From NCBI GenBank assembly GCA_964411985.1, contig CAYPNF010000005.1, forward strand, positions 108,974 through 172,973: a stretch of DNA of 64,000 bases, in the 5' to 3' direction. Each line of letters begins with the position of its first letter. Within the stretch, counting starts at the first letter, position 1. The position numbers were made by a program, and so were the translations under genes. The notes under the pieces are model-generated. The model was not told where the DNA came from. It saw nothing but the letters and a program-made list of their open reading frames with translations, and did not search any database. Positions 37,919-49,500 of this stretch are shown piece by piece. This DNA is from an uncultured Verrucomicrobiota bacterium. Its GTDB lineage: Bacteria > Verrucomicrobiota > Verrucomicrobiia > Limisphaerales > J093.

Positions 37919-39058
37919 TTACGGTGGGTCGGTTGAGTTCCATGCTTGTGCGGCTCTTTCAGCGAGGATCTCTAGATAATGGGCCGGCGACTGCATGGCC
38001 TGCTGGCGATTCGCCAACTCAGGAACGATGCCCCAGATTCCGTCAAAGGCCCCTCGGCTCTCTTCTCCAATATCCACCGAACCTGCAAATCCCAGGCAGG
38101 GGACGTGCGCCTTTCGGCAGAGGGCCGCGAGGCCCCCAACCCCTTTTCCCATTTCGACGGTAGTGCGATCGATGGAGCCTTCCGCAGTGAGAACGATGTC
38201 GGCTTCGCGGACTGCTTGGTCCAGACCCGTGGTTGCTGCGAACAGCGCGAAGCCGGAGACGAATTCACCACCCAGAAAGGCATGTAGCCCAAATCCCAGG
38301 CCTCCCGCTGCACCGGATCCGGGTAGAGTATCGTGGGGTTGGTCCCAACCCAAGCTCACCTGAGCCTGCCGGGCGAGTGCTGCGAGACAACCTTCGGCCT
38401 GGGCCAAGTCAGACGGCCGGAGGCCCTTCTGAGGTCCGTAGACCGGAGACGCGCCGATGGGTCCCAGCAAAGGGTTCTGGACGTCGACCGCGATCTGGAC
38501 CTTTCCGAGTCCTAGTGGCTCCTCAGGCGACTCGATCCTCGACAGCGCGGCCAGATCGGTCCACCGAGTGATCGAATGCCCATCCGGTGCGAGGAACTTC
38601 CAGCCAAGGGCCTGGGCAAAGCCAAAGCCTCCATCGTTGGTCGCGCTACCACCGATCCCAATGATGCATCGCTTCGGGCCGAGTTTGGCAGCTGCGTTGA
38701 GGACCTGGGCCAATCCTGTGGTGTCCAGTTCGAAGGGATGGTACTGTCCCGGAGGCAGGAGAGCCAGGCCGATGACCCTGGCGGACTCAATGATGGCGAG
38801 TCGCTCAGCTTCAACCCACCAGAACTTGCCAATCACCGGCCGACCGGCGGCGTCCACGGTGGTAACCTCTCGTTCCTCTGCCTGCAAGGCTTTGCCAACC
38901 AGTTCGCCGAAGCCATCCCCACCGTCGCTGATGGGCAAGAGGGTAGGGCGGTCACCCGGACGACCCCGAAGCCAGCCCGTAGCCAAGGCCTTGGCGGCTA
39001 GCTCGGCAGCCAGCGTGGCCTTTAGTTTATCGGGAGCTACGAGGATGCGAAGTCCCAT
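37919..39058 (-). CDS. Glycerate kinase (GlxK/GarK family)
   Basis: MGLRILVAPDKLKATL N-terminus; motifs SDGGDGF and GGSATNDGG typical of glycerate kinases. ORF tool start 39079 is 7 codons longer. Confidence 0.8.
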   Translation of the reverse strand: MGLRILVAPDKLKATLAAELAAKALATGWLRGRPGDRPTLLPISDGGDGFGELVGKALQAEEREVTTVDAAGRPVIGKFWWVEAERLAIIESARVIGLALLPPGQYHPFELDTTGLAQVLNAAAKLGPKRCIIGIGGSATNDGGFGFAQALGWKFLAPDGHSITRWTDLAALSRIESPEEPLGLGKVQIAVDVQNPLLGPIGASPVYGPQKGLRPSDLAQAEGCLAALARQAQVSLGWDQPHDTLPGSGAAGGLGFGLHAFLGGEFVSGFALFAATTGLDQAVREADIVLTAEGSIDRTTVEMGKGVGGLAALCRKAHVPCLGFAGSVDIGEESRGAFDGIWGIVPELANRQQAMQSPAHYLEILAERAAQAWNSTDPP

Positions 39059-39120
39059 GGCGCTCCATTCTGACCGCAAGACCGACTCCCCGAACTGGGA
39101 GTCGGTCTTGGTAAAGGAAT

Positions 39121-40575
<1,455 letters not shown>

Positions 40576-40799
40576 TGTATCAAAGTCGTTTCATGACACC
40601 TTTTGGCGTCACCGGAAACCATACAGGAGGCCCAAGTTCAGACCAGCAGAATTTCCTGCTGGAAAACAAGCCTGGTTACCGCCGAAATCACAGGGTGCCA
40701 GGCATATGGAGCGCTGGCCCGTGAGTGGCTTGCGGCTTGGTGGTCTAATCCGCCCTTAACTTTCGGCCAGAGTATGCCGTTAGGAGACTTGGTAGCCGC

Positions 40800-43700
40800 A
40801 TGGATAACCTGGGATCGAACGGTCACGCACGCCGACACGGCAGGGCAGACCTGCTGCTCTGGTTGGCCGTCGTTTCTGCAGCTACGTTCCTCTCGGGCTT
40901 GTGCCTTTCCGCCGAAGGGACTTCTGAAGCACCCATCACCTCCACCGCCAACCTGCGTGCTCTGTCACAGAGCGAGCCATCTCGCGCGTGCTGGGTGGAC
41001 CTGGACGCCCGAATCCTGGACTTCGGGCCGCACAAGGTTCTTCTGCAGGATAGTACAGGCAACCTGCTTCTGGAGGTTCCCTCGTTGCCACCAGGTGCCA
41101 AACCGGGAGCCAGGGTTCGGCTTCGGGGGCTGGCTATGGCAAGAGAGGGCTGGGTCTTCGCCGGTCGCTTGCCGCTTCTGGTGAATGATGGGATTCATGC
41201 CGAGTCTGAGGTTGCTTCGCGCGTCTGGTTTTCAGCAGGGAAATACCCCATCCATGCCGAGTTCTTCCAAGGAGCGGGGGAACAGGTGCTGGACTTGGCT
41301 TATGAAGGACCGGGGATGGCCCTGGCACCCATTCCGCCCTCCGCCTGGTCCCATGATCCGGTTCCCGGAACGAGCGCGAAATCTGAGCCAGGCCTCAAAT
41401 ACGCTTACTACGAGGGGACTTGGTCCGCCTTGCCCGATTTCCGGACTCTGACCGCTGTGAAGCAAGGGGTTGTAGACCAGATCCAACTTGCCGGACGCGC
41501 TCGCAATGAGAACTACGGATTCTGCTTTGATGGCTATCTCCATCTGCCGAAGGACGGAGAGTATACTCTGCATCTCAAGTCTGATGACGGCGCGCGATTG
41601 GTGGTGGAGAGCTACTCGTGCGAGATCCTCGAATCGACAGGGGGTGTGACACAGCCGAAGCCCATCCAACCGGGCCAACCCATGGCAGACAGCAACGAAC
41701 TCGTCTGGTCAGAAGTGGCCGCCAAGGTTCGGTTTGTCGGCGAGACCGAGGACTCCCTGCAGGTGGAGTTGACCACGGAAAGTGGCCGGATGACGGCGGA
41801 GGTTTTCGAGAAGATGGAGGGCCTTCGACTGCTCCTGCCTGAGAGCGAGGTGCGGATGCGGGGCGCGGTGCAGGGAGTGTTCAACGCCCATGGGGAGGTC
41901 ATCGCAGGACGCCTGCTGGTTCCAGGTCTTCAAACCCTGTCTATTGACCAAATCCCCAGCGCACGCTGGCTTCGCAGGCCAATCGAAAGCCTCTCCAATC
42001 TCGCATCCAGGATCGATCGCAAGCATACCGGTGAGTTGGTGAGGTTGAAAGGTACGATCCTTCGTGCGCAGAAAGAAGATGTGCCCTGCCTGGACGACGC
42101 CACGGGACGCGCGCTCCTGTACGGGATGGGGCAGATTCCTGATGAGCACGGCTCGAATGTCGAAGCGTTTGGCTTCCTGAGCCGGGAAGGAACCCATTGG
42201 GTGATGCGACCTGCTTTTGTAAGGCCAGCCTTAGCGCAGCCTGAGTCCATCCAGCGTCCAATCCTAACCAACGTTGTCCAAATTCAAGAACTGACGCCCG
42301 AGGAAGCGAATCGCAGATATCCGGTGGAGGTTCGTGGAGTGATCACTACTCGCAGCACGGGAGCAGCCCGAGTGCAGGATCGAACCCGCGGCATCTATGT
42401 GGCAGGGGTGGTGGGAGGCGAGGGAGACGGCCCACTGCCAGGTGGAGTCTATGTGGTGAAGGGTAATTCAGATCCCGGAGCGTTCGGCCCCACCCTGGCC
42501 ACCACCGGGATGGTCTACCTGGGACGGGGGCAGATGCCTGAACCCATTCACCCAACCTGGGAACAGCTGATCACGGGCAGTCTGGACGGGACCTTCATCG
42601 AGGTGGAGGGCGTGGTGCAGAAAGTGGAGGGACAAACCATGACCCTCGCGGTCAAGGGCGGGTATCTGAAGGTGTACGTGGAACGTCTGGGGAATGTGAA
42701 CCTTGCGGAGTATGATGGCTGCACGGTGACCATCCGAGGGGCCTTTAATCCGCAATTTAACGCCGAGACCCGACAGATCACTGGGGCCGGCCTCGATGTC
42801 CCTTCGCCGGCTTGCATCCAGATCGAGGAACTTGCGCCCAAGGACCCTTTCGCTACCCAATCCAAGAAGATCAGCGAGCTTAGGCACTTTGACATTCGTT
42901 CCAGCTACTTTCATCAAGTGAAGCTTCTGGGACAGGTGTTACACGCGGGAGTCGATCACAGTTTCTTGTTGGATGAGACTGGCGGGATCCGGTTCATTCA
43001 ACGAATATTTATGCCCTTGGCTCCTGGCGATCAGGTGGCGATCGTAGGGTATCCTGATCTAAGCGGCCCTTTTCCTGTCCTGCGCCAGGCCCGGGTTGCG
43101 AGGCAAGGCTCCGGATCCCTCCCCGATCCCAAGCCCATTCAAGCGGACGAGGTTTCGGGCCTGGAGTTGGATTGCAGGCTCGTCGAGATCGAGGGAACTC
43201 TGGTGGACATTTCTACCGGCCAGAACGAAACCACCCTGCAGATCCAATCGGGCGCACGATTGTTCGCTGCCCGGCTGCCGATGGACCGCAAAAAAACCAA
43301 AGTCATCGCTAAAGGAAGTGTGCTGCGGTTGACGGGCGTCTGCGCAATGCTACCCCCCTTGGTCCCAGGCTCGCCCCCGGAGAGTTTTGAGTTGCATCTG
43401 AATTCGTCTGATGACGTTACCGTTCTTCAGCACCCCAGCTGGTGGACTTTGAAGCACAGCCTGGCCCTGGCGGGAGGGTTGAGCGCCGTCCTGCTCCTCT
43501 CGGCTCTCTGGATCCGACAACTCCATCGGCGTGTGGAGTTGAGGACTCAGCAGTTGCGGAATGAGGTGGACGGACACAAGCAAACGGCTGCTCAATTACA
43601 GGAGAAGACCAAGGCACTCGAGATCGAGGTGGAGGAGCGCAAGAGAGCCGAGCAGGAAGCCAGGAAAGCGGAGGTGGCAGCTCAAGCCGCCAACAAGGCC

Positions 43701-45269
43701 AAAAGTGAGTTTCTCGCCAATATGAGCCATGAGATCCGCACCCCGATGAACGCCATCATTGGGATGAGCAGCCTCATGCTCGATACCAAGCTGGATGAGG
43801 AACAAGCCGAATTCGCCACCACCGTACGCACCAGTGGCGAGGCCCTTCTGGGCATTATTAATGATATCCTTGATTTCTCGAAAATCGAAGCCGGCAAACT
43901 CCATTTCGAGGCCCTCGATTTCAGCCTCTCCGATGTGGTCGAGAGTACCGCCGAACTCGTCGCAGAAAAAGCCCAGGCAAAGGGCGTCGAACTCGCCCTC
44001 CTGATCGAAAGCCAGGTTCCCGTCGCGCTGCGCGGGGATGCCGGACGCCTCCGGCAAATCCTGCTCAACCTCCTCAGCAACGCTGTCAAGTTCACGGAAA
44101 AAGGGGAAGTCTGCCTTGAAGTCACCCAACTCGACTCTAACGCGCGGGAAGTAACCCTTCGTTTCAGCGTGCGCGATACTGGGAAGGGCATCGCCCCAGG
44201 AGCCCTTGGCCGCCTCTTCAACCCTTTCGAACAGGAGGATTCTTCGACGACTCGCCGGTTTGGAGGCACGGGGCTTGGCCTGGCTATTTGCCGTAAGCTG
44301 GTGGAGATCATGCGTGGCAGGATTTGGGCTGAAAGCGTCGTCGGCGCCGGCTCCACGTTCTACTTCACCGCGGTTTTCGAGAAGCAGGACGCCGCAGGCA
44401 CTCCCACTCTCGCGCCGGAGCTCGGCCTTGCTGACCTGCGGGTTCTTGCGGTGGATGACAACGCTACGAATCGGAAGATCCTGCAATACCAGTTGCGGAG
44501 CTTCGGCATCTCTCATTTGGGCGAGGCTGCTAGTGGCGCGGAAGCGTTGGCTCTGATGGAGCAATCAGCCGAGAATGGGGAGCCTTTCCAGCTCGCCATC
44601 CTTGATTTTCAGATGCCAGGCATGGACGGCCAGATGCTCGCTACGCGGACCCAGGAACACCCCTTGCTGGAAGGCACCCGGCTGATCCTCCTAACCTCCA
44701 TCTGCCAACGGCTCGATCCGGAGCGACTCAAACAGGCCGGGATCGATGGCTGCCTGGTGAAACCTGCAAAACCGGCACAACTCCTGGATTGCATCCGTCG
44801 CGTGATGTCCGCCGTGAAACCAAGAATGTCGCAACGGGCGAAACCTGTGACTCCAGACTTGATTGTGATACCCGAGGGCAGAGGCAAACCTGTTCGCATT
44901 TTGCTGGCTGAAGACAACATCGTGAACCAGAAAGTGGCCCTCAAACAACTTCAGAAACTGGGTATCACCGCCGATGCGGTGGCGAACGGAATCGAAGTTC
45001 TGGAGGCCACCAGGCGAATCGATTACGATATCATCCTCATGGATTGTCTCATGCCGGAAATGGACGGCTTTGCCGCCGCCCGCACGATCCGTGGTCGGGA
45101 GGAAATGAGCGGTTCCCCTCCTATCCGGATCATTGCCATGACCGCGAATGCCCTGCAAGGGGATCGGGAAAAATGCTTAGAGGCTGGAATGGACGACTAC
45201 ATTGCCAAACCGGTGAGGCTGGAGGAACTGAGCAAAGTCATTGAGAGAAACCTGCCCGTTCGCTCGTGA
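40800..45269 (+). CDS. Hybrid sensor histidine kinase/response regulator with a large periplasmic sensor containing a PA14-like domain, one TM, HisKA+HATPase, and two receiver domains
   Basis: Signal/TM at N-terminus. PA14-like [58 protein letters not shown]. Coiled coil. H-box [13 protein letters not shown]; G-box [16 protein letters not shown]1 [11 protein letters not shown]...DFQMPGMDG; REC2 [13 protein letters not shown]...DCLMPEMDG. Confidence 0.85.
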   Translation: MDNLGSNGHARRHGRADLLLWLAVVSAATFLSGLCLSAEGTSEAPITSTANLRALSQSEPSRACWVDLDARILDFGPHKVLLQDSTGNLLLEVPSLPPGAKPGARVRLRGLAMAREGWVFAGRLPLLVNDGIHAESEVASRVWFSAGKYPIHAEFFQGAGEQVLDLAYEGPGMALAPIPPSAWSHDPVPGTSAKSEPGLKYAYYEGTWSALPDFRTLTAVKQGVVDQIQLAGRARNENYGFCFDGYLHLPKDGEYTLHLKSDDGARLVVESYSCEILESTGGVTQPKPIQPGQPMADSNELVWSEVAAKVRFVGETEDSLQVELTTESGRMTAEVFEKMEGLRLLLPESEVRMRGAVQGVFNAHGEVIAGRLLVPGLQTLSIDQIPSARWLRRPIESLSNLASRIDRKHTGELVRLKGTILRAQKEDVPCLDDATGRALLYGMGQIPDEHGSNVEAFGFLSREGTHWVMRPAFVRPALAQPESIQRPILTNVVQIQELTPEEANRRYPVEVRGVITTRSTGAARVQDRTRGIYVAGVVGGEGDGPLPGGVYVVKGNSDPGAFGPTLATTGMVYLGRGQMPEPIHPTWEQLITGSLDGTFIEVEGVVQKVEGQTMTLAVKGGYLKVYVERLGNVNLAEYDGCTVTIRGAFNPQFNAETRQITGAGLDVPSPACIQIEELAPKDPFATQSKKISELRHFDIRSSYFHQVKLLGQVLHAGVDHSFLLDETGGIRFIQRIFMPLAPGDQVAIVGYPDLSGPFPVLRQARVARQGSGSLPDPKPIQADEVSGLELDCRLVEIEGTLVDISTGQNETTLQIQSGARLFAARLPMDRKKTKVIAKGSVLRLTGVCAMLPPLVPGSPPESFELHLNSSDDVTVLQHPSWWTLKHSLALAGGLSAVLLLSALWIRQLHRRVELRTQQLRNEVDGHKQTAAQLQEKTKALEIEVEERKRAEQEARKAEVAAQAANKAKSEFLANMSHEIRTPMNAIIGMSSLMLDTKLDEEQAEFATTVRTSGEALLGIINDILDFSKIEAGKLHFEALDFSLSDVVESTAELVAEKAQAKGVELALLIESQVPVALRGDAGRLRQILLNLLSNAVKFTEKGEVCLEVTQLDSNAREVTLRFSVRDTGKGIAPGALGRLFNPFEQEDSSTTRRFGGTGLGLAICRKLVEIMRGRIWAESVVGAGSTFYFTAVFEKQDAAGTPTLAPELGLADLRVLAVDDNATNRKILQYQLRSFGISHLGEAASGAEALALMEQSAENGEPFQLAILDFQMPGMDGQMLATRTQEHPLLEGTRLILLTSICQRLDPERLKQAGIDGCLVKPAKPAQLLDCIRRVMSAVKPRMSQRAKPVTPDLIVIPEGRGKPVRILLAEDNIVNQKVALKQLQKLGITADAVANGIEVLEATRRIDYDIILMDCLMPEMDGFAAARTIRGREEMSGSPPIRIIAMTANALQGDREKCLEAGMDDYIAKPVRLEELSKVIERNLPVRS

Positions 45270-45289
45270 CCCGCCCCCTTCGGGTGGAT

Positions 45290-45628
45290 CTACTGTCCCA
45301 GAAACCAGTAGAGGATGCCGGCTAGACCGCAAGCCAGCAGCACGATCCAAACCCGCATCTCCACTTTGGAAGCAGCCGCGAGATCATCCGCAGCGCAGTT
45401 GCACAGCACTCGCAAGTGACAGTGTACGTTGCTGCAAGTCTTCCTGGATGGACACGAGCGGAGGAGATTCTTGCCAAGAAAAGCCTTGATCCATTCAGGA
45501 CAAGCCATCCACGCGGTCCCGCTTCCCGAGGATCCACCAGATGAGCGGTGGGAAGGCACCGGCTCCGAGTTCATCTCCTTCCGAGGTTGGGCGACTCGCC
45601 GCTGGTCATCATTGGGTTTGTTACTCAT
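45290..45628 (-). CDS. Small Cys-rich protein with C-terminal TM helix (hypothetical)
   Basis: 112 aa with CSNVHCHLRVLCNC and a C-terminal hydrophobic segment. Convergent with the sensor kinase. Weak coding evidence. Confidence 0.3.
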   Translation of the reverse strand: MSNKPNDDQRRVAQPRKEMNSEPVPSHRSSGGSSGSGTAWMACPEWIKAFLGKNLLRSCPSRKTCSNVHCHLRVLCNCAADDLAAASKVEMRVWIVLLACGLAGILYWFLGQ

Positions 45629-46097
45629 ACTTCACACAAGTCGCTTTTCAAATTCTACCTGCATCCCTGGCCCGATCTTTGGGCCAATCAAAGTGTAAGA
45701 ATGCCTGATATCAATAATTAAGTACACTGCGGTCCGCATTTTGGCAAGCAGACATTAAGAGTCTTCTTAAGTGTGTTCCGTGTGAACTAGGTATAATGTA
45801 ATATATTGTCCGTAAGATAGTTAAACTAGATTCTGGCCCTCCAAGGACTATCAAAGAAAACATTCTTGCGTGGGAAACTTACTCTTTGGCTAGCAAATGT
45901 CTGGCGAGGATTCCCCCCTGCGGTGAGGTCGCTTGGAAAGAGAAACTATGATGAACATGAAGGAACAGGAAGAGGGTTCTTCTTCATGCATCATCATGAA
46001 CTTCACGGTGAACTCCCTTTTCTCTTGCTCTAGCCGCAGGGACATCGTAAGTAAGTCACCACTCTTCGCGCCCTTCTGGCGTAGGGAGGTGGTGCAA

Positions 46098-46182
46098 GCC
46101 CGCGTGGCGGAATTGGCAGACGCGCTAGATTCAGGTTCTAGTAGGTAACACTGTACAGGTTCAAGTCCTGTCGCGGGCACCA
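46098..46182 (+). tRNA. tRNA-Leu (anticodon CAG), CCA encoded
   Basis: Cloverleaf folded by hand. Acceptor GCCCGCG/CGCGGGC; anticodon stem CTAGA/TCTAG; loop TTCAGGT (CAG with G37); 13-nt variable arm; T-arm ACAGG-TTCAAGT-CCTGT; A73; CCA. Confidence 0.9.
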
Positions 46183-46769
46183 TCTTTCTTCATCAGGAAT
46201 GGTGTTCGAGGCACGGGCTCGGACTAAGAATCCTGGACTATGCAGACTCGCGTGAGTTCAGTCGAAAAGGTGGAACCCTCAACGATGTTAACCACCCTGA
46301 AGGAGTACGGAGTGAGCCAAGATTTCACTATTCAAGGGGATCTAAGCTGGGAAGCTTGAGTACCGCGAGGGTTGGATATGGGGTAACGTGTATCTGCGCG
46401 CGTTGCGGAGGCAACTGGAGACCTGCATCGCCAAGAATCTTGGCTCCCGCCATTTGGAGGATACCAAGCACCGGGCGGAGTTGCGCAAAATCAAGAAGGA
46501 GATGGCAGGGCTGAAGAAGAAACTGTCTGCGCTTCAGGTCCGAAAGGCTCAGTTGGCGCGAGAGACCGGAAAGTAGCTGATCACGTCCGATCTGTTGCCG
46601 GTTCGAGAAACAGTTCAACCTTAGGCCGAACGGGGCCTGAAACGTCGCAGGTTAGGACTGTCCCGATGATGTTGAGGGCGTAGGCTCCCCTGACTCGGAA
46701 CTTGGGTATCGCAGGCAGTGTTTGAGGAACGGGGGGGACGCCTGCGGCCGGCGACCTTGTCTTCCATCG

Positions 46770-46935
46770 CAAACTATTCCTTGGCTCCATCGATTTGCTT
46801 CGGGCTTGCATGCAGGGACCCCTTTTTGCGGTCTCACGAGTCCAAACTCAGTTTGCCAGAGTGATGGCCACCAACATCAGGTCTGGTCGCCACGACGATC
46901 ATGGTTTTCATCAGGGTGAAAACCCTGTTCCTGGA
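46770..46935 (-). pseudogene. Decayed 5' fragment copy of the type IV pilin-like gene at 47186..47560
   Basis: ~75% nucleotide identity to the first ~150 nt of the intact pilin gene (gttttcaccctgatgaaaaccatgatcgtcgtggcga vs ggcttcaccctggtggaaatcatgatcgtcgtggcga). Translation gives a corrupted FTLMKTMIVVATR class-III signal followed by a stop; no intact ORF. Confidence 0.45.
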
Positions 46936-47120
46936 CGGTTTGATTCTCAGCTTGTGCCCTTGTGTTACTGAGTTGTTGCTGCTGTCGGGCGAGTTGAACC
47001 TCAGGGGATGATTGGTGATTAGGTGCCAACCTCCATCCGCATGATTCGTCACAGGTCGAATTGAGCCGAAACCCTGTCCCTTCGATTGTTTTGAGAAATG
47101 GCGGGGGGATGGCAGACCTC

Positions 47121-47148
47121 AAAAAGAAAAGGGCCTCAATCGAGGCCC
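47121..47148 (-). terminator. Rho-independent terminator of the pilin-like gene
   Basis: On the minus strand: GGGCCTCGATTGAGGCCC hairpin followed by TTTTCTTTTT, 40 nt after the pilin stop. Confidence 0.6.
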
Positions 47149-47185
47149 TCCTGTTCTTGAGCAAAGGTTGCTGAAAGCATCGTTC

Positions 47186-47560
47186 TTACGGTGCCGGTGC
47201 CGGAGCTGCAGCTGCAGCGCCACCAGGAAGGACGTGGTTAGCCACGTCACACGTGGGATCCGCTCCCAGGACTCCGGGAGTGTATTTGCCGCCCGCTGGG
47301 CAGGTAGGCACAACGCCATTCTTCAAATAGTTCGCGTAGTTAGGAACGGCTACCCCGTTGGCAATCTTCTCCTCAAGACCGCACTGCTCTTTGGCGCCAT
47401 CGATTTGTTTAAGGTTTGCTATGCAAGCATTCTTTTGGGCCGTCTGGCGAGCCTTGACGAAGTTCGGCAAGGCAATTGCCGCAAGCAAACCAATGATCGC
47501 CACGACGATCATGATTTCCACCAGGGTGAAGCCCGCTTTCTTGGAGGTGTTAATCTTCAT
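47186..47560 (-). CDS. Type IV pilin / type II secretion pseudopilin-like protein (prepilin-type N-terminal cleavage/methylation domain)
   Basis: MKINTSKKAG|FTLVEIMIVVAIIGLLAAIALPNF is the class III signal with Glu+5. Cys pair in the C-terminal half; Ala/Pro-rich tail; SD AAGGA 8 nt upstream. Confidence 0.8.
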   Translation of the reverse strand: MKINTSKKAGFTLVEIMIVVAIIGLLAAIALPNFVKARQTAQKNACIANLKQIDGAKEQCGLEEKIANGVAVPNYANYLKNGVVPTCPAGGKYTPGVLGADPTCDVANHVLPGGAAAAAPAPAP

Positions 47561-47958
47561 GCTTTTCCTTTATAGTTATAGGTTGTTGTTACTCGCTTAG
47601 CGGTGTGAACCCCTATGGAGAGCTTCTGATTATTGCTTTTCTCGGTTCACGCATTGCTATCCACAGACCGCACTCTATCCTCTAAGCATTGATTATGCCA
47701 CTAAGGTGCTGAACTTTCAATGGATTTTCTTTGGCTCTGTAAGTAACTGTAAGCAAAAATGTTGTGATGTTATTGGTGTTGAACTGGGTAGGCACTGGCT
47801 AAGTGACTCTGCAGAAAGTGTCCAACTTCTAGGCACAAAATGCCTTAATTCTTTTTAGCGAGCCCAGGTTTGTATCGATGGGTCTAGACCGTTATAGAGC
47901 GACTTGAGCCCTGGATTTTAGATGATTTCCAAAATGCCGATAACTAAGGTGGTCTGAT
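47561..47958. promoter_or_regulatory. AT-rich divergent intergenic region between the pilin-like gene and the GT-C-like membrane protein gene (probable divergent promoters)
   Basis: ~400 nt markedly AT-rich relative to the ~60% GC surroundings, with no ORF of substance; inferred only from composition and gene arrangement. Confidence 0.3.
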
Positions 47959-49500
47959 ATGTTGACTAAGGATGAATCGGTTGGGGAGCCGCTCCCGGGT
48001 TCGCCGCAGCACGCGTGCGATGAACGCGACCGTTTGGCGAGGCTCTTGATATGGGCGATAGCCTTTTTAGTGTTACTATTTTCAATCCTCAAAGTCGTCA
48101 TGCTTGGCTATTTGCCAATTGATGATGCTCTGAGGTATGCAGCGCGAGCCGTGGCTGGCAAGAGTTGGGACCAGATCCTCGTGCTGCGTCCCGATGCCCC
48201 ACTCGATCATAACCCAGGATGGAACTTGCTCCTTGGAGGAGTTCATAGGGTCGCGAATTGGAATCAGGACGAGCTGGTTACGGGCAGCGTGGTTTCTCTC
48301 TTCTGCCTCTTTTGTGTTTCACCGTTGTTTCTCTTTCGACGCCCGGAGGCTTGGATCACGTCGTTGGCCATCAGTTGCCTCACTCTGGGCTTTGCTGATC
48401 GGATTACTATTGGCCGGCCTTTCCTAATTACCATGGCATTCTCGGTTTTTGTTTTGGTGCTTTGGGGGCGTACTGAAGCAAAGAACTGGAGGCTTTGGGG
48501 CATTACTACCTTGGGCTTTGCCGCAACTTCCTATTTTCACGGTAGTTGGTATCAGAGCGTTCTGTTGGTGGGCGCGTTTCTCTTATCGGGCCGAGTGGCA
48601 CGATCGATCGAATTGGGCAGTTGCTGGTTGGCTGGGAGTTTGGCTGGTGCCGTGTTTACCGGGGATCCAGTTCGCTACCTGGCTGATGGCGTGAGTATTG
48701 CTTTCAGTTCAGCGACTACGGCTCCTGTGGCCCGGTTGAACGTGATCGAGCTTCAGCCTTCGGGTGGGGTTTTCATTGCCGTGATCATTGTGATCCTCAT
48801 CCTGGTGGTCCGTAGTATGCTTGGTCTGAAGCCCACAGATGTGTTAAGGGATCCCGCTTTCATCCTGGCAGTAATAGGCTGGTTGCTGGGAATGAAGATT
48901 CTCAGATTCTGGGTCGACTGGGGCATGGTGGGTTTCCTCGTTTGGATGACGTTTCGTCTGGAGGAGATCTTCGACGCGATTCTCTCGGGCTCGATCAAGC
49001 GGCGACTTGCTGCTTGTTGTTTCCTCTATATGACCTTCTTTCTGACCCTGACTGGTGATACTGGAGGACGGTGGTCGAGCGCGCTTACCTGGGAGTTTGT
49101 TGAGGAGAAGAATCCGGAGTTAGCGGAATGGATCCCTCAGCCGGGGGGCATCGTCTACACTGCGGACATGATTCTCTTTTACCGCACCTTCTTCAAGAAC
49201 CCTCATGCCCCTTGGCGTTACATCCTCGGTTTTGAGTGTACTTTCATGCCAAAGGAGGACCTTGAGGTCTACCGGAAGATTCTTTGGAATTTCGGGACTC
49301 ACAAAGCCTACGCGCCTTGGGTAGCCAAAATGAGACCCGAAGACCGGCTTTTCATCCGGGCCAATTCTGGGGCGCAGCCTCGAATATCGGAGTTGGAGTG
49401 GTACTACGCTGCTACTGATACTTGGATCGGTCGCTTGCCCCGGGGGGCTACCTCAGCAGGCCCTGCGGCTACCCCCGCTTTGGCACCCGCAACCAAATAG
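47959..49500 (+). CDS. Polytopic membrane protein, probable GT-C-fold glycosyltransferase (ArnT/GtrC/PMT-like)
   Basis: 513 aa with ~11-13 TM helices. Asp-Asp motif immediately after TM1 in the first external loop (LGYLPIDDALRY). Followed by a polyprenyl-phosphate-sugar-type GT2. Confidence 0.65.
   Translation: MLTKDESVGEPLPGSPQHACDERDRLARLLIWAIAFLVLLFSILKVVMLGYLPIDDALRYAARAVAGKSWDQILVLRPDAPLDHNPGWNLLLGGVHRVANWNQDELVTGSVVSLFCLFCVSPLFLFRRPEAWITSLAISCLTLGFADRITIGRPFLITMAFSVFVLVLWGRTEAKNWRLWGITTLGFAATSYFHGSWYQSVLLVGAFLLSGRVARSIELGSCWLAGSLAGAVFTGDPVRYLADGVSIAFSSATTAPVARLNVIELQPSGGVFIAVIIVILILVVRSMLGLKPTDVLRDPAFILAVIGWLLGMKILRFWVDWGMVGFLVWMTFRLEEIFDAILSGSIKRRLAACCFLYMTFFLTLTGDTGGRWSSALTWEFVEEKNPELAEWIPQPGGIVYTADMILFYRTFFKNPHAPWRYILGFECTFMPKEDLEVYRKILWNFGTHKAYAPWVAKMRPEDRLFIRANSGAQPRISELEWYYAATDTWIGRLPRGATSAGPAATPALAPATK

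Noticed and set aside
45936-45990. Near-palindrome TTCAC-G-GTGAA and ATGATGAACATGAAG / CTTCATGCATCATCAT inverted repeat upstream of the tRNA
   Set aside because: The palindromes are imperfect and could be chance in an AT-rich leader. No regulator binding site can be assigned without comparative data.
45890-46183. ORFs 45890..46183 (-) and 45933..46148 (+) flanking or overlapping the tRNA
   Set aside because: They overlap a well-folded tRNA-Leu and have no coding signatures. The region is better explained as tRNA plus its promoter/leader.
46388-46576. 62-aa leucine-zipper ORF as a functional transposase gene
   Set aside because: It has only the zipper-like C-terminal portion, with no HTH N-terminus and no OrfB/DDE partner. 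It is kept only as a possible IS3-OrfA remnant in the findings, not as a feature.
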